A stretch of DNA of 64,000 nt from Thermodesulfobacteriota bacterium (GTDB taxonomy: Bacteria > Desulfobacterota_D > UBA1144): assembly GCA_036337225.1 (NCBI GenBank), contig JAYZEP010000008.1, forward strand, positions 1,001 through 65,000, in the 5' to 3' direction. Each line of letters opens with the position of its first letter. Within the stretch, counting starts at the first letter, position 1. The notes beneath the pieces are model-generated. The model was not told the DNA's origin. It was given only the letters and a program-made list of their open reading frames with translations, and ran no database searches. The position numbers were made by a program, and so were the translations under genes. This document shows, piece after piece, positions 23,558-33,168 of the stretch.

Positions 23558-24763
23558 ATGAGCGATCTCAAAGACAAAAATATACTAGTAGGAGTTACGG
23601 GTAGTATCTCCATATATAAGTCATGTGACTTGATACGCACATTAGTTAAAGAAGGTGCAAATGTTACTGTTGTAATGACTTCTAATGCAGAGAAATTTAT
23701 AAGTCCTATGACATTTCAATCTATATCTGGAAGGAAAGTTTTTACGAACATGTACGACACAGACGAATCCAGTCTTGCTCATATCAATCTCGCCGATAAT
23801 TCTGATTTAATAATTGTTTGTCCAGCAACCGCAAATTTTATTTCTAAATATGCAAATGGAATAGCGGACAATCTACTTCTTAACATTTTGCTTGCAACAA
23901 AGTCAAGCATTGTAGTCTGTCCAGCGATGAATGTAAATATGTTTGAGAACCCTCTTGTTCAAGAGAATGTTACCAAATTGTCAAAACTAGGAATTAGTTT
24001 CGTAGAGCCCGATTCTGGCGATTTGCTATGTGGATGGGAAGGCAAGGGAAGATTGGCAGATTTAAACAAAATATTGATGGCAATAAAAAAAAAAGTCTCA
24101 AATAAAGACCTTAAAGAAGAAAAAGTCTTAATCACTTGTGGAGCAACTAGGGAATATCTAGACCCGATAAGATTTATATCTAATCCTTCCTCCGGAAGAA
24201 TGGGCCTTTGCTTAGCTAATGAATTTTTTTATAGAGGATCAAATATAAGGATTATAGCCGGACATGTTGAAGAAGACTTCCATTTGTTTACAAATTATCT
24301 TCAATGTGAATCCTCTGATGAAATGGCACAACATGTAATTAAAGATTTGAAGAATTATAGTGTAATAATCAAATCTGCTGCTGTTGGAGATTATAAATTT
24401 AAAAAAGTCCAGAAGAATAAGATAAAGAAAAAAAATGCAAAGATAAGTTTTGAAATGGAACCTACAGTCGATATTCTAGAGGAAGTAGGTACAAAGAAAA
24501 CTAAAAATCAAATTTTGATTGGCTTTTGCGCCGAAACCGAAAGTATAATTAATAACGCAAAGATAAAAATTAAAAAGAAGAACTTAGACTTTATCGTTGC
24601 TAACGATGTGTCGAAAGAAAATAGTGGGTTTGGAAGTAAAGATAATTTTTCTTTCTTGGTGTCCAAAGATGGCAAGATAGAAGAACTGGGCCTTGTTTCC
24701 AAGGAAACTCTATCAAAAGAAATTGCCAATAAAGTAAGCGAAGTCAGACGGGGCTTATTCTAA
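23558..24763 (+). CDS. coaBC: Bifunctional PPC decarboxylase/synthetase
   Basis: GVTGSI..YK, PATAN, PAMN, CGWEGKGR, DPIRFISN.SSG.MG, GFCAET, ANDV. Confidence 0.96.
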   Translation: MSDLKDKNILVGVTGSISIYKSCDLIRTLVKEGANVTVVMTSNAEKFISPMTFQSISGRKVFTNMYDTDESSLAHINLADNSDLIIVCPATANFISKYANGIADNLLLNILLATKSSIVVCPAMNVNMFENPLVQENVTKLSKLGISFVEPDSGDLLCGWEGKGRLADLNKILMAIKKKVSNKDLKEEKVLITCGATREYLDPIRFISNPSSGRMGLCLANEFFYRGSNIRIIAGHVEEDFHLFTNYLQCESSDEMAQHVIKDLKNYSVIIKSAAVGDYKFKKVQKNKIKKKNAKISFEMEPTVDILEEVGTKKTKNQILIGFCAETESIINNAKIKIKKKNLDFIVANDVSKENSGFGSKDNFSFLVSKDGKIEELGLVSKETLSKEIANKVSEVRRGLF

Positions 24764-24826
24764 ATAATTAAAGCCCTCGCCCATAAATCATAATCCTATT
24801 CCAACTTAGTCAGAAGAAGAATTTAC

Positions 24827-25138
24827 TTACCAGTTAGTACCACCAGCTGCAGGTGCAACTAAGACTGCGTCTTTGCAAGCCTTTGAAACTCGAAATTTTA
24901 CAACTTTCTTCGCAGGAATTTGAATTACTGCACCGGTCTGAGGATTTCTTCCTTGTCTGGCTTTACGATCAACAAGTACTAGTTTACCTAGCCCCGGGAG
25001 AGTAAAACTACCATTAGTCTTTGCTTCATCACAAGCCAAGCCTGCAAATGCTTCCATGTAACGCCCTGCATCAGCTTTTGAAATACCTAATTTGCTGGCT
25101 AAGGCGGTTGTTATTTGAGATTTTGTAAGTGCTCCCAT
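24827..25138 (-). CDS. hup: HU-family DNA-binding protein
   Basis: LPGLGK, RKARQGRNPQTG..I.IPAKKVVKFR; SD AGGAGG. Confidence 0.95.
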   Translation of the reverse strand: MGALTKSQITTALASKLGISKADAGRYMEAFAGLACDEAKTNGSFTLPGLGKLVLVDRKARQGRNPQTGAVIQIPAKKVVKFRVSKACKDAVLVAPAAGGTNW

Positions 25139-25179
25139 TATATAAGCCTCCTAAAATGCTATTTTTTCCTTATTTGCAT

Positions 25180-25208
25180 ATAATAGTTTTTTAGTACTAA
25201 AAATGCAA
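25180..25208 (-). promoter_or_regulatory. Putative sigma-70 promoter of hup
   Basis: Minus strand TTGCAT-17 nt-TATTAT. Confidence 0.55.
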
Positions 25209-25318
25209 GTTTTATCTAATAAAATCACTTAATTGTCCCGCCTTTGTTGAAATAGAACCATGGCCAACAAGTCGAATATGTTATATTCTTGGCACCCCTG
25301 GATTTTTGTAAATTTTAC

Positions 25319-25347
25319 TTGACTCCTACTACATATAGTGGTTTAAT
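25319..25347 (+). promoter_or_regulatory. Putative sigma-70 promoter with no downstream CDS
   Basis: TTGACT-17 nt-TTTAAT with extended -10 TG at 25339-25340. Confidence 0.55.
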
Positions 25348-25373
25348 GACATCATAATCACAATATATTGTTG
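25326..25373. promoter_or_regulatory. Tandem NrdR-box-like operators
   Basis: CTACTACATATAGTGG (25326-25341) and TCACAATATATTGTTG (25358-25373), 32 bp apart, matching consensus acaCwAtATaTwGtgt. Confidence 0.7.
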
Positions 25374-25521
25374 AATTGCCTTTTTAGATGCGTAGGAAGA
25401 TGTGATTACACCTTGGGGCAAGGAGAAGTTGAAATACCCCCTTTTGCACCCCGTTAAGATTTTTCCTTGCCTCTAGATTTTTTCTTTAACACCTTAACAG
25501 ACCAAGCATAGCTAATTAGCT
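25354..25521 (+). ncRNA. Candidate small RNA (boundaries approximate)
   Basis: 15-bp stem 25415-25429/25459-25473 with three G-U pairs (favours + strand), C-rich loop, upstream promoter, no meaningful ORF. Confidence 0.35.
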
Positions 25522-25524
25522 GCA

Positions 25525-26847
25525 CTATTCTTGCTTCTTACCAAAAGGATCAGGAATTTCAGGGTGCCATAATTTAAGATGATCCTTGTGGTTTTGTGTA
25601 TAGGCGCCCTCCGGATAGAACTTGTCATAAAAATCAATATCTAAATGATGTGATTGAACCATCATTCTAGAATACATAGCATCTGAAAATGCAGGAAATC
25701 TACCGTACGTATCGTATAGGTAATTACAGATATCTTTTACGATTTGAATTTCCTCTTTGCTTGGTCTGGGCGTTTCATTTAGTACACCGGTTGGATCCTT
25801 GTAGGGCATAAACTTCTTTTCCCAATTACTCCATTTCATATCATTAAAAGCGTCGACTGCCTCGCTCATATTTTTATAATATGGTGGACAAAAAGCTTCG
25901 AAATGCCCACTTAGTCCGACTGGTGCTTTCGCTACCGCCGCACCCCAATCGCTTCCTTGATCTTTGGTGTCAACACACGTAAAACCTAGACCTTTAAACT
26001 GTTCGTCCGCTCCAAGCATATATCTACTTTGAAATCCGCTAAACATCCAACCACCTAAGCCCAGGATTTGTTGCGTCAAGACAACGTTCTGGCAAAAGAG
26101 GGGTTGTTCCGCTATATATCCATTTGCAAATCGAAGTTCAGCCTCAATTAAAGGTACAGGCTTACTCTCATCAATAAAACCATTTTTAATCCACTTGGTA
26201 GTTCCGGGAGGTTTCATTTTATTTAATTCGTCAAGAAAATTAAATCTATGCCCTTCTCTCATGTAGAAGAATAAGATATTAATCAATCCCGCGGATAGAT
26301 CTGTTACGGGTATCATGAGAGTTGTCCCAGGTCGATTTACACTCCATGTATTATGTATTGCAAGACCTGGAGGACCTGTCGGGAGGTCGGCTCTCCCCTT
26401 ATGGAGTTTAATTCTAGAGGCTTCAAAGAGTTCTAATATTTTTTTAATCTTATCTTCCTCGTTCAAACCTTCCATGCCCTTAAGGTCAGATGGAGACTTA
26501 TCATGTTGTTTGATCAGGTACAGTCCGTCATCATTTGTATAAAATAATTCTGTCCTATGTATATCGCCCAAAGAAGGAATCGTTTTACTCATAAACTTTA
26601 CTTCTAGGTCAAGTCCTTTGTGAGGTGGGAAATCTGATAGATTTATGTTCTTTATGCCAATACCATTCCACGCTAATATCGCTTCCTCAATTTCGCTTAG
26701 TGGAATTGCGGCATGAAAAGATTTATATTTTAATGGTCCTTCATCGATTTCGCCACCCATCGGAAATCGTCTAGACCTTCTCTCATATAAAGCATTAAAG
26801 AAGGAATAATGTTTAGCCGTATCAAACCCTGGTGGAAATTTTGACAT
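25525..26847 (-). CDS. Uncharacterised nitroreductase-like protein
   Basis: 440-aa ORF; N-terminal ALYERRSRRF..PLSEIEEAIL and later QN..L..Q.LGLGGW resemble nitroreductase FMN-binding motifs. Confidence 0.6.
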   Translation of the reverse strand: MSKFPPGFDTAKHYSFFNALYERRSRRFPMGGEIDEGPLKYKSFHAAIPLSEIEEAILAWNGIGIKNINLSDFPPHKGLDLEVKFMSKTIPSLGDIHRTELFYTNDDGLYLIKQHDKSPSDLKGMEGLNEEDKIKKILELFEASRIKLHKGRADLPTGPPGLAIHNTWSVNRPGTTLMIPVTDLSAGLINILFFYMREGHRFNFLDELNKMKPPGTTKWIKNGFIDESKPVPLIEAELRFANGYIAEQPLFCQNVVLTQQILGLGGWMFSGFQSRYMLGADEQFKGLGFTCVDTKDQGSDWGAAVAKAPVGLSGHFEAFCPPYYKNMSEAVDAFNDMKWSNWEKKFMPYKDPTGVLNETPRPSKEEIQIVKDICNYLYDTYGRFPAFSDAMYSRMMVQSHHLDIDFYDKFYPEGAYTQNHKDHLKLWHPEIPDPFGKKQE

Positions 26848-26892
26848 ATTGTTATTTTAACTCAAAATAACTATGGCTTATAATAAGATTTA

Positions 26893-27423
26893 ATGAAAGA
26901 TTTATTGCTTAGCTCTCTCAGGAAGAATTCCATACTCAAAGGGGACTTCGTTCTATCTTCTGGTGAAAAGAGTGATTATTATATCGATGCAAGAACTAGT
27001 ACTCTTTCCGCTGAATCACTAGGCTGTATCGCAGATATTTTTTATCAACAAATAGTTGAAGCTGATTTAAATACCTTAGGAGGTCCATCAATAGGGGCAG
27101 ACCCTATCGTGGGGGCAATTTTACATAGAGCCTATTTAGATAAGAAGCATTTTAAGGGCTTCTTAGTTAGATCCGGCGAGAAGCATCACGGGACACAAAA
27201 AATAATTGAAGGGCCAGATATATCAAATACTTCAGTTGCTATAGTAGAAGACGTCGTTTCAACTGGAAATTCAATCATAAAAACAGTTGCGCAGCTTCAA
27301 GATCAAGGGTGTTCGGTTAAATTGATATTATCTATAGTCGATAGAGAAATGGGGGCTGTTGAAAGATTCTTAAAAGAGAATCTCGAATATAGGCCAATAT
27401 TTAAAGTCTCGGACCTATTGTAA
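26893..27423 (+). CDS. pyrE: Orotate phosphoribosyltransferase
   Basis: GDFVLSSG.KS.YYID, K.HGT, IVEDVVSTG. Confidence 0.94.
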   Translation: MKDLLLSSLRKNSILKGDFVLSSGEKSDYYIDARTSTLSAESLGCIADIFYQQIVEADLNTLGGPSIGADPIVGAILHRAYLDKKHFKGFLVRSGEKHHGTQKIIEGPDISNTSVAIVEDVVSTGNSIIKTVAQLQDQGCSVKLILSIVDREMGAVERFLKENLEYRPIFKVSDLL

Positions 27424-27477
27424 ATTACAGAATTCTCCAATTTTATATAAATTATTTTATAATATACTATAACTAAT

Positions 27478-28554
27478 ATGTCCTTGTTGGATAATCACCT
27501 TATGAGCATGGCGATTTTCGGAAATCCTGTCTGGAAGTGGGGACTTGCCATATTAATAACTTTTATCTTTTTTATTTTGGCAGGTTTCTTTAAACGTTTT
27601 GCAGAAAAAAATCTACGTGCGTTAGCATCAAAAACTGATACTCATATTGATGACTATTTGTTTGAGATGCTCTCTACAATATCTCCAATCTTTGTACTGG
27701 GAATTTCTTTATATATAGCAACGAAAATAATTTATTTGAGTCAGAATGTTAATGAAACTATTGCACAAATTTTTCTTCTAACTATTTTTTGGCAATTAAC
27801 TAAATGGGCTGCTCTCATAGCAAACAAAATATTCACTAGATATAAAGATATAAAAACCAACGACAAAGATATGCATGGTGTAACAGCAATTAATGGTCTC
27901 AATGCAATTACAAAGTTTGCAATTTGGCTCATTTTCTTGATGCTTGCATTAGACAACTTAGGTGTAGATATCACTGCACTTGTCGCCGGACTAGGCATTG
28001 GTGGGCTTGCCATTGCTTTAGCGGCTCAGAGCATACTTGGTGATCTTTTTGCATCACTAACAATCATGATTGATAAACCAATTGCGCTCGGAGATTACAT
28101 AGTAGTGGACAATTTTATGGGTACCGTAAAATCTATAGGTATTAAAAGCACAAAAATTGAAAGTCTAACTGGTGAAGAGATTATCATTTCGAATTCGGAC
28201 TTGCTTAATAGTAGGTTAAGAAATTATCAAAAAGATAGAATGCAGAAACGGAGAACCACGATCGAATTAGGTGTAGTATACGAAACAAATTATGAGGAGC
28301 TTGCTAGAATTCAAACTATTTTGAAAGAAATTGTAGAATCATTTCATAGTACAGAATTCATCAGGGCAAGCTTTGTGGAATTTGCTGATTTCTCATTAAA
28401 TTTTGAACTTGTCTATGACGTCCTTAGTCCCGACTATCCTGAATATATTCAAACAAATCACAATATTAGATTAAAAATATTCGAGACCTTTCAGAAGGAA
28501 GGTATCCAATTTGCATTTCCAACTAGGACTATTCATCTGTCTAAGGATGATTAG
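27478..28554 (+). CDS. MscS-family mechanosensitive channel
   Basis: LVAGLGIGGLAIALAAQ..LGDLFAS, DKP..GD.I, FAFPT. Confidence 0.94.
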   Translation: MSLLDNHLMSMAIFGNPVWKWGLAILITFIFFILAGFFKRFAEKNLRALASKTDTHIDDYLFEMLSTISPIFVLGISLYIATKIIYLSQNVNETIAQIFLLTIFWQLTKWAALIANKIFTRYKDIKTNDKDMHGVTAINGLNAITKFAIWLIFLMLALDNLGVDITALVAGLGIGGLAIALAAQSILGDLFASLTIMIDKPIALGDYIVVDNFMGTVKSIGIKSTKIESLTGEEIIISNSDLLNSRLRNYQKDRMQKRRTTIELGVVYETNYEELARIQTILKEIVESFHSTEFIRASFVEFADFSLNFELVYDVLSPDYPEYIQTNHNIRLKIFETFQKEGIQFAFPTRTIHLSKDD

Positions 28555-28606
28555 TACCTATAAAAAGTAATTTGTTTTAAAAGTATATATATTTTATATT
28601 CTTCCA

Positions 28607-29989
28607 ATGGCTAAAAAAATTTGGGGCGGAAGATTTAAAAATATTACGAATAAAAAAGTAGAAGAATTTTCTTCCTCGCTAGATACTGACAAAAATCTTT
28701 ATGCGTTTGATATCCAAGGATCAATTGCACATGTAGAAATGCTCTCGAAGCAGAAAATAGTTTCTGTATCAGACAAAAGAAAGATTGTAAAAAGTTTAAA
28801 TCAGATTCGCAAACAGATAGAAAAGGGAAGATTTGAATTTGCTGTTGAACTTGAAGATATTCATATGAATATCGAACAGGCAGTAACAAAAAGAATCGGG
28901 AATGCCGGGAAGAAAGTGCATACGGCAAGAAGCAGAAACGATCAAGTAGCAACAGATGTCAAGCTGTACATAAAGGATAGTATAGGCGATCTTAGGAAAG
29001 ACCTTATAGTTCTCGAGAAAAATATTGTGAAAAATGCAGAAAAGAATCTCAGTTTAGCAATTCCTTTTTATACTCATTTACAGAGCGCTCAACCCGTACT
29101 CGTTTCTCACTATCTTTTAGCTTTCTTTGAAATGTTCTTAAGGGATATCGATAGAATTGATAGTGCGGTATACAGATTGGATGAGAATCCATTGGGATCA
29201 TGTGCGGGTGCTGGAACATCTTTTGATATTGATAGATTCAATACAACTAAAAAGCTTAATTTCAGAGCGCCTACGAGAAATAGTCTCGATTCAGTAAGTG
29301 ATAGGGATTTTATAGTTGATGCCATATATTGTTGTTCCATGGTTATGATGCATCTTTCCAGATTTTGTGAAGATTTGATTATTTGGAACAGTTCAGAATT
29401 TGGCTTTATCGATATAGCCGATGAGTACACAACGGGTTCGAGCATTATGCCTCAGAAAAAAAATCCCGATGTACTGGAGCTAGTAAGAGGTAAATGTGGC
29501 ACTGTTTATGGGAATTTGATAAATATTCTAACAAATCTAAAAGGTTTACCGCTAAGCTATAATAGAGATTTGCAAGAAGACAAATCACCAATTTTTTCAT
29601 CGTTAAAAACAACTAATGAGTGTGTTAGCATATTTAGAGATCTCTTAAATTCGATAAAGTTTAACAAAAAATCGATAGATAGAAGTTTGAACTTAGGTTT
29701 TCTTACTGCTACCGATTTGGCAGACTATCTAACCAGACAAGGTGTTGCATTTAGAGATGCACATCACATTACGGGAAAAATTATTTCTTATTGTGAAACA
29801 AACGATAAAAATCTTGATGAGGTCAAAATTGGAGAGTTTAAAAAGTTCTCAAAATTTATAGAGAAAGATATATATAAATTTATCTCCATTAATCACTCAG
29901 TATCCTCAAAGAACTCATATGGTGGGACCTCAATAAAGAACGTAAAGAAAATGCTTGTGCAATATAAAAGAATCCTTTCTAAATTATAA
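28607..29989 (+). CDS. argH: Argininosuccinate lyase
   Basis: WGGRF, EDIHMNIE, HTARSRNDQ, YTHLQ.AQP, GSSIMPQKKNPD. Confidence 0.97.
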   Translation: MAKKIWGGRFKNITNKKVEEFSSSLDTDKNLYAFDIQGSIAHVEMLSKQKIVSVSDKRKIVKSLNQIRKQIEKGRFEFAVELEDIHMNIEQAVTKRIGNAGKKVHTARSRNDQVATDVKLYIKDSIGDLRKDLIVLEKNIVKNAEKNLSLAIPFYTHLQSAQPVLVSHYLLAFFEMFLRDIDRIDSAVYRLDENPLGSCAGAGTSFDIDRFNTTKKLNFRAPTRNSLDSVSDRDFIVDAIYCCSMVMMHLSRFCEDLIIWNSSEFGFIDIADEYTTGSSIMPQKKNPDVLELVRGKCGTVYGNLINILTNLKGLPLSYNRDLQEDKSPIFSSLKTTNECVSIFRDLLNSIKFNKKSIDRSLNLGFLTATDLADYLTRQGVAFRDAHHITGKIISYCETNDKNLDEVKIGEFKKFSKFIEKDIYKFISINHSVSSKNSYGGTSIKNVKKMLVQYKRILSKL

Positions 29990-30062
29990 ATCCCGAATTC
30001 AATAAACAAATTACCAATTCCACTAACTTGAGCTTAAAAAATTTGTTGTTTAGACTTATCGT

Positions 30063-30422
30063 ATGAGCAAACTTGAAACCTTTGCCAACAAGGTAAAGAA
30101 TAAAGATTATACAATAGACATAACCTGCCCTGAATTTACTTCTTTGTGCCCTAAGACGGGACAGCCAGATTTTGCAATAATCAAAATTTCCTACGTTCCC
30201 GATAAATTATGTGTAGAGCTAAAATCATTTAAGCTTTACATGTTCTCTTATAGAAATGTCGGGGATTTTCATGAACATGTAACGAATAAAATCTTGGATG
30301 ATTTTGTCAAAGCCTGCAAACCCAAATATGCCTCAATTGCTGGGGACTTTAACGTCCGAGGAGGAATCAAAACAATTGTTCAAGCTGAATACAAAAAGAA
30401 AATCAAACGAAAAAAGTCTTAG
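30063..30422 (+). CDS. queF: NADPH-dependent preQ0 reductase (short type)
   Basis: PEFTSLCPKTGQPDFA, VELKSFKLY, FHE, FNVRGGI. Confidence 0.95.
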   Translation: MSKLETFANKVKNKDYTIDITCPEFTSLCPKTGQPDFAIIKISYVPDKLCVELKSFKLYMFSYRNVGDFHEHVTNKILDDFVKACKPKYASIAGDFNVRGGIKTIVQAEYKKKIKRKKS

Positions 30423-31203
30423 TGTTTTTCTTGGTCTATTAGTTATTCTTACTTTAATCCTCTTTGCATTATTTCCCGAATTTTGTTCACCATACTCTCC
30501 CTTTAAATCAGATTTTAACAACGTTCTTCAATCCCCTTCATCCAGACACTTGTTTGGAACCGATGAGCTTGGTAGGGATATTTTAAGCAGGGTAATATAT
30601 GGCACAAGGATATCGATTTCCGTGGCCTTCTTTACTTCGATAGTATCTTTAGTATTTGGAACTCTATATGGATCAATATCGGGCATCAAAGGGGGAATCC
30701 TTGATGAAGTATTGATGAAAATAGTAGATGTTTTTTATTCGATTCCAGATCTTCTTTTAATCTCTATATTTATACTAATCTTCGGGAAAGGAATAATCGG
30801 CATTACTGCTGCTTTATCATTATTAAGTTGGATGCGAGTAGCTCGAATCTCCAGAGCAACGGTATTAGAGCTAAAGAATAGACCATTTATCTTAAGTGCA
30901 AAAGTTATGGGTTTTAGCGATTTAAGAATCATATTTAAAGAAATTCTTCCAAATATGTTGGCTCCATTAATTGTTATATTCACATTCACGATACCCTCAG
31001 TCATTCTTGCGGAATCAACTCTAAGCTTCCTAGGTCTTGGCATATCTCCACCCGATGTAAGTTGGGGCCTAATGGCAAACAATGGTTGGCAGGGGATAAG
31101 GAGTTATCCACATCTAATTATTTTTCCATGTTTGGCGATTTTTGTGTCTACGGTAACATTTTTACAGGTTGGGGATTATCTAAAACTAAGGGCTAGGCAG
31201 TGA
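30376..31203 (+). CDS. Peptide/nickel ABC permease (OppC/DppC)
   Basis: PS..HLFGTDELGRDILSR..YG.RIS, ESTLSFLGLG..PP..SWG; start placed at in-frame TTG 30376 behind GAGGAGG. Confidence 0.88.
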   Translation: MFKLNTKRKSNEKSLSVFLGLLVILTLILFALFPEFCSPYSPFKSDFNNVLQSPSSRHLFGTDELGRDILSRVIYGTRISISVAFFTSIVSLVFGTLYGSISGIKGGILDEVLMKIVDVFYSIPDLLLISIFILIFGKGIIGITAALSLLSWMRVARISRATVLELKNRPFILSAKVMGFSDLRIIFKEILPNMLAPLIVIFTFTIPSVILAESTLSFLGLGISPPDVSWGLMANNGWQGIRSYPHLIIFPCLAIFVSTVTFLQVGDYLKLRARQ

Positions 31204-33158
31204 GATTTATAGTTTTTATCTTTTTTCTTTTTACCATGAACTCACTGGCGGTATCAGAATGTGAAATAGAAAAAGAGAATTTCTTATATTTATCCTATTG
31301 TTACGAAAAAGCCGGGAAGTTAGATCTCGCTATTAGTAATCTGGATAGATTAGATAAAGATGATTTTGAAAATGTTACGGATTTTCTTGCTTATAGAAAA
31401 ATCAAACTACTGTCATCTTATAAGATAGAGTCTGACGAGATAAGAGACGAAGTAAGAAAATTTAAAGCAACACATAAAGATTCTGTCTTATTACCAAAGA
31501 TAGAACTTATTGAAGCAGAAAGGCTTTTAGCAATTAGCTATGGAAGGCCAGCTAGTCATAAGTCACATAAATTGCTTAGTAAGCATCTCCAATCTATAGA
31601 TAAGAAGTATGATTGGAGCAATAATGACAGAATTGATTTGAAATACATAAAAGTAATGAATTTGGTAAATCTCGGTCAGTATGACCAAGGGTATAAACTA
31701 CATAAAGAGATATATATAAACCATCCGAACCATCGCGGAGCTGCTGCGAATAGAGAATATTGGACCCAAAGGCTCTCTAAAAATGATTTAAGAACCAGAC
31801 TTAATTCACTTTTTAAGAATCGAATGTTTAGACAATTTATAAAAGAGTCGCAAGGGTGGGAAGGTCCTGATATAAGAATCAAAATTGCTTTAATAAAGAT
31901 TAAGACCGGTAAGAGGGATGAAGGTAGGAGAATCTTAAAAGATATTTCACAAGGCAATTTTGAGTCTACGGATTTGCTTACGGATAAAGAAGTAATTGCT
32001 GAATCTTTATATCAATTACACGTTGATGATTTAAAAACATCGAAGGATAACTCTAAAATTGCAAGGAACTTAAAATTTATACTCAAAAATTATCCGAACT
32101 ATAGTAAAAAAAATGATGTCGCATATTTGTCTGCTAGATTGTTCACTTTAGACAAGAACTACTTGGAAGCAAAACAAATTTACAACTGGTTAATTAAAAC
32201 AAAATCGGAGGGCTACATAGATAATTCTTTTTGGGGACTAGGTTGGTCGGAGTACATGCTTAAAAATTATCGTGATGCGTTAAATCATTTCTCTTCTCTT
32301 GCACACTCGGACGAACCTTATCATCAAGCTAGAGGGCTCTATTGGAAAGCTAGATGTTTAGAAAAATTGGGCGACTTAAACAGTGCAAAAAACACTTACA
32401 TGCAGATATTAGAAAATCATAAAATGGGTTACTATCTATATCTAGCATCAATCAAACTTGATAAGAAGTTTCATTCAAAACCAAACAAAATCCACAAGAA
32501 ACAAGGAGTGGGCTATCTCGATCAAGAGATAAAGTTGCTTTCCTCTGTCAGGGATCTCGACATCGGACACCGAGAAGCAGTGAGATACATTAAAAAGAAA
32601 ATTAATTCATCAACTTATAGAGATTACCTTGTCGCTCTCGAATCAGCACAAGAGTTCAATCTTGTAATCAAGTTATCGTATCAATATCCATCGGAAGCTT
32701 ATCATAAATATCCAAAGGGATTTATTAATATCGTTGAAACCTATAGCAAAAAAAATGATGTCGATAAAAATCTTATATTAGGATTAATTCGAGAAGAAAG
32801 TCTGTTTGATCCAAATGCGGTATCTCATGTTGGAGCAATGGGACTGATGCAGATTATGGATTATACGGGGGAAAAAATAAAGAAAGACCTAAGCCTAAAA
32901 AGTGGTGACACGTTCTTTGACCCTGAAATTAATATTCGTATGGGAACTTATTATCTCTCAAATCTTATTAAAAAATTTGATAATAATATCTTTTTAGCTT
33001 TAGCGGCTTACAACGGTGGTCCGAAAAATGTACAAAAATGGCTAGTTCGTTTTGATGGGCTTGAGGATGATGAGTTTGTAGAAAATATCCCCTTTAAAGA
33101 AACCCACGGATACGTCAAAAGAGTTTTAAGAAGTTATTTTTATTATATGTTAAATTAA
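31200..33158 (+). CDS. Soluble lytic transglycosylase with TPR-like repeats
   Basis: Signal peptide, helical repeats, IREES.F...AVS..GAMGLMQIM, AAYNGG, ETHGYVK. Confidence 0.92.
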   Translation: MRFIVFIFFLFTMNSLAVSECEIEKENFLYLSYCYEKAGKLDLAISNLDRLDKDDFENVTDFLAYRKIKLLSSYKIESDEIRDEVRKFKATHKDSVLLPKIELIEAERLLAISYGRPASHKSHKLLSKHLQSIDKKYDWSNNDRIDLKYIKVMNLVNLGQYDQGYKLHKEIYINHPNHRGAAANREYWTQRLSKNDLRTRLNSLFKNRMFRQFIKESQGWEGPDIRIKIALIKIKTGKRDEGRRILKDISQGNFESTDLLTDKEVIAESLYQLHVDDLKTSKDNSKIARNLKFILKNYPNYSKKNDVAYLSARLFTLDKNYLEAKQIYNWLIKTKSEGYIDNSFWGLGWSEYMLKNYRDALNHFSSLAHSDEPYHQARGLYWKARCLEKLGDLNSAKNTYMQILENHKMGYYLYLASIKLDKKFHSKPNKIHKKQGVGYLDQEIKLLSSVRDLDIGHREAVRYIKKKINSSTYRDYLVALESAQEFNLVIKLSYQYPSEAYHKYPKGFINIVETYSKKNDVDKNLILGLIREESLFDPNAVSHVGAMGLMQIMDYTGEKIKKDLSLKSGDTFFDPEINIRMGTYYLSNLIKKFDNNIFLALAAYNGGPKNVQKWLVRFDGLEDDEFVENIPFKETHGYVKRVLRSYFYYMLN

Positions 33159-33168
33159 AGAAATCTAA

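Noticed and set aside
25320-25329. TGACTCCTAC resembling the 3' end of a fluoride riboswitch
   Set aside because: The 5' GATGGAGTTC half is absent; better explained as the -35 element and NrdR box
25139-25524. Possible replication origin in the longest intergenic gap
   Set aside because: No TTATCCACA-type DnaA boxes seen
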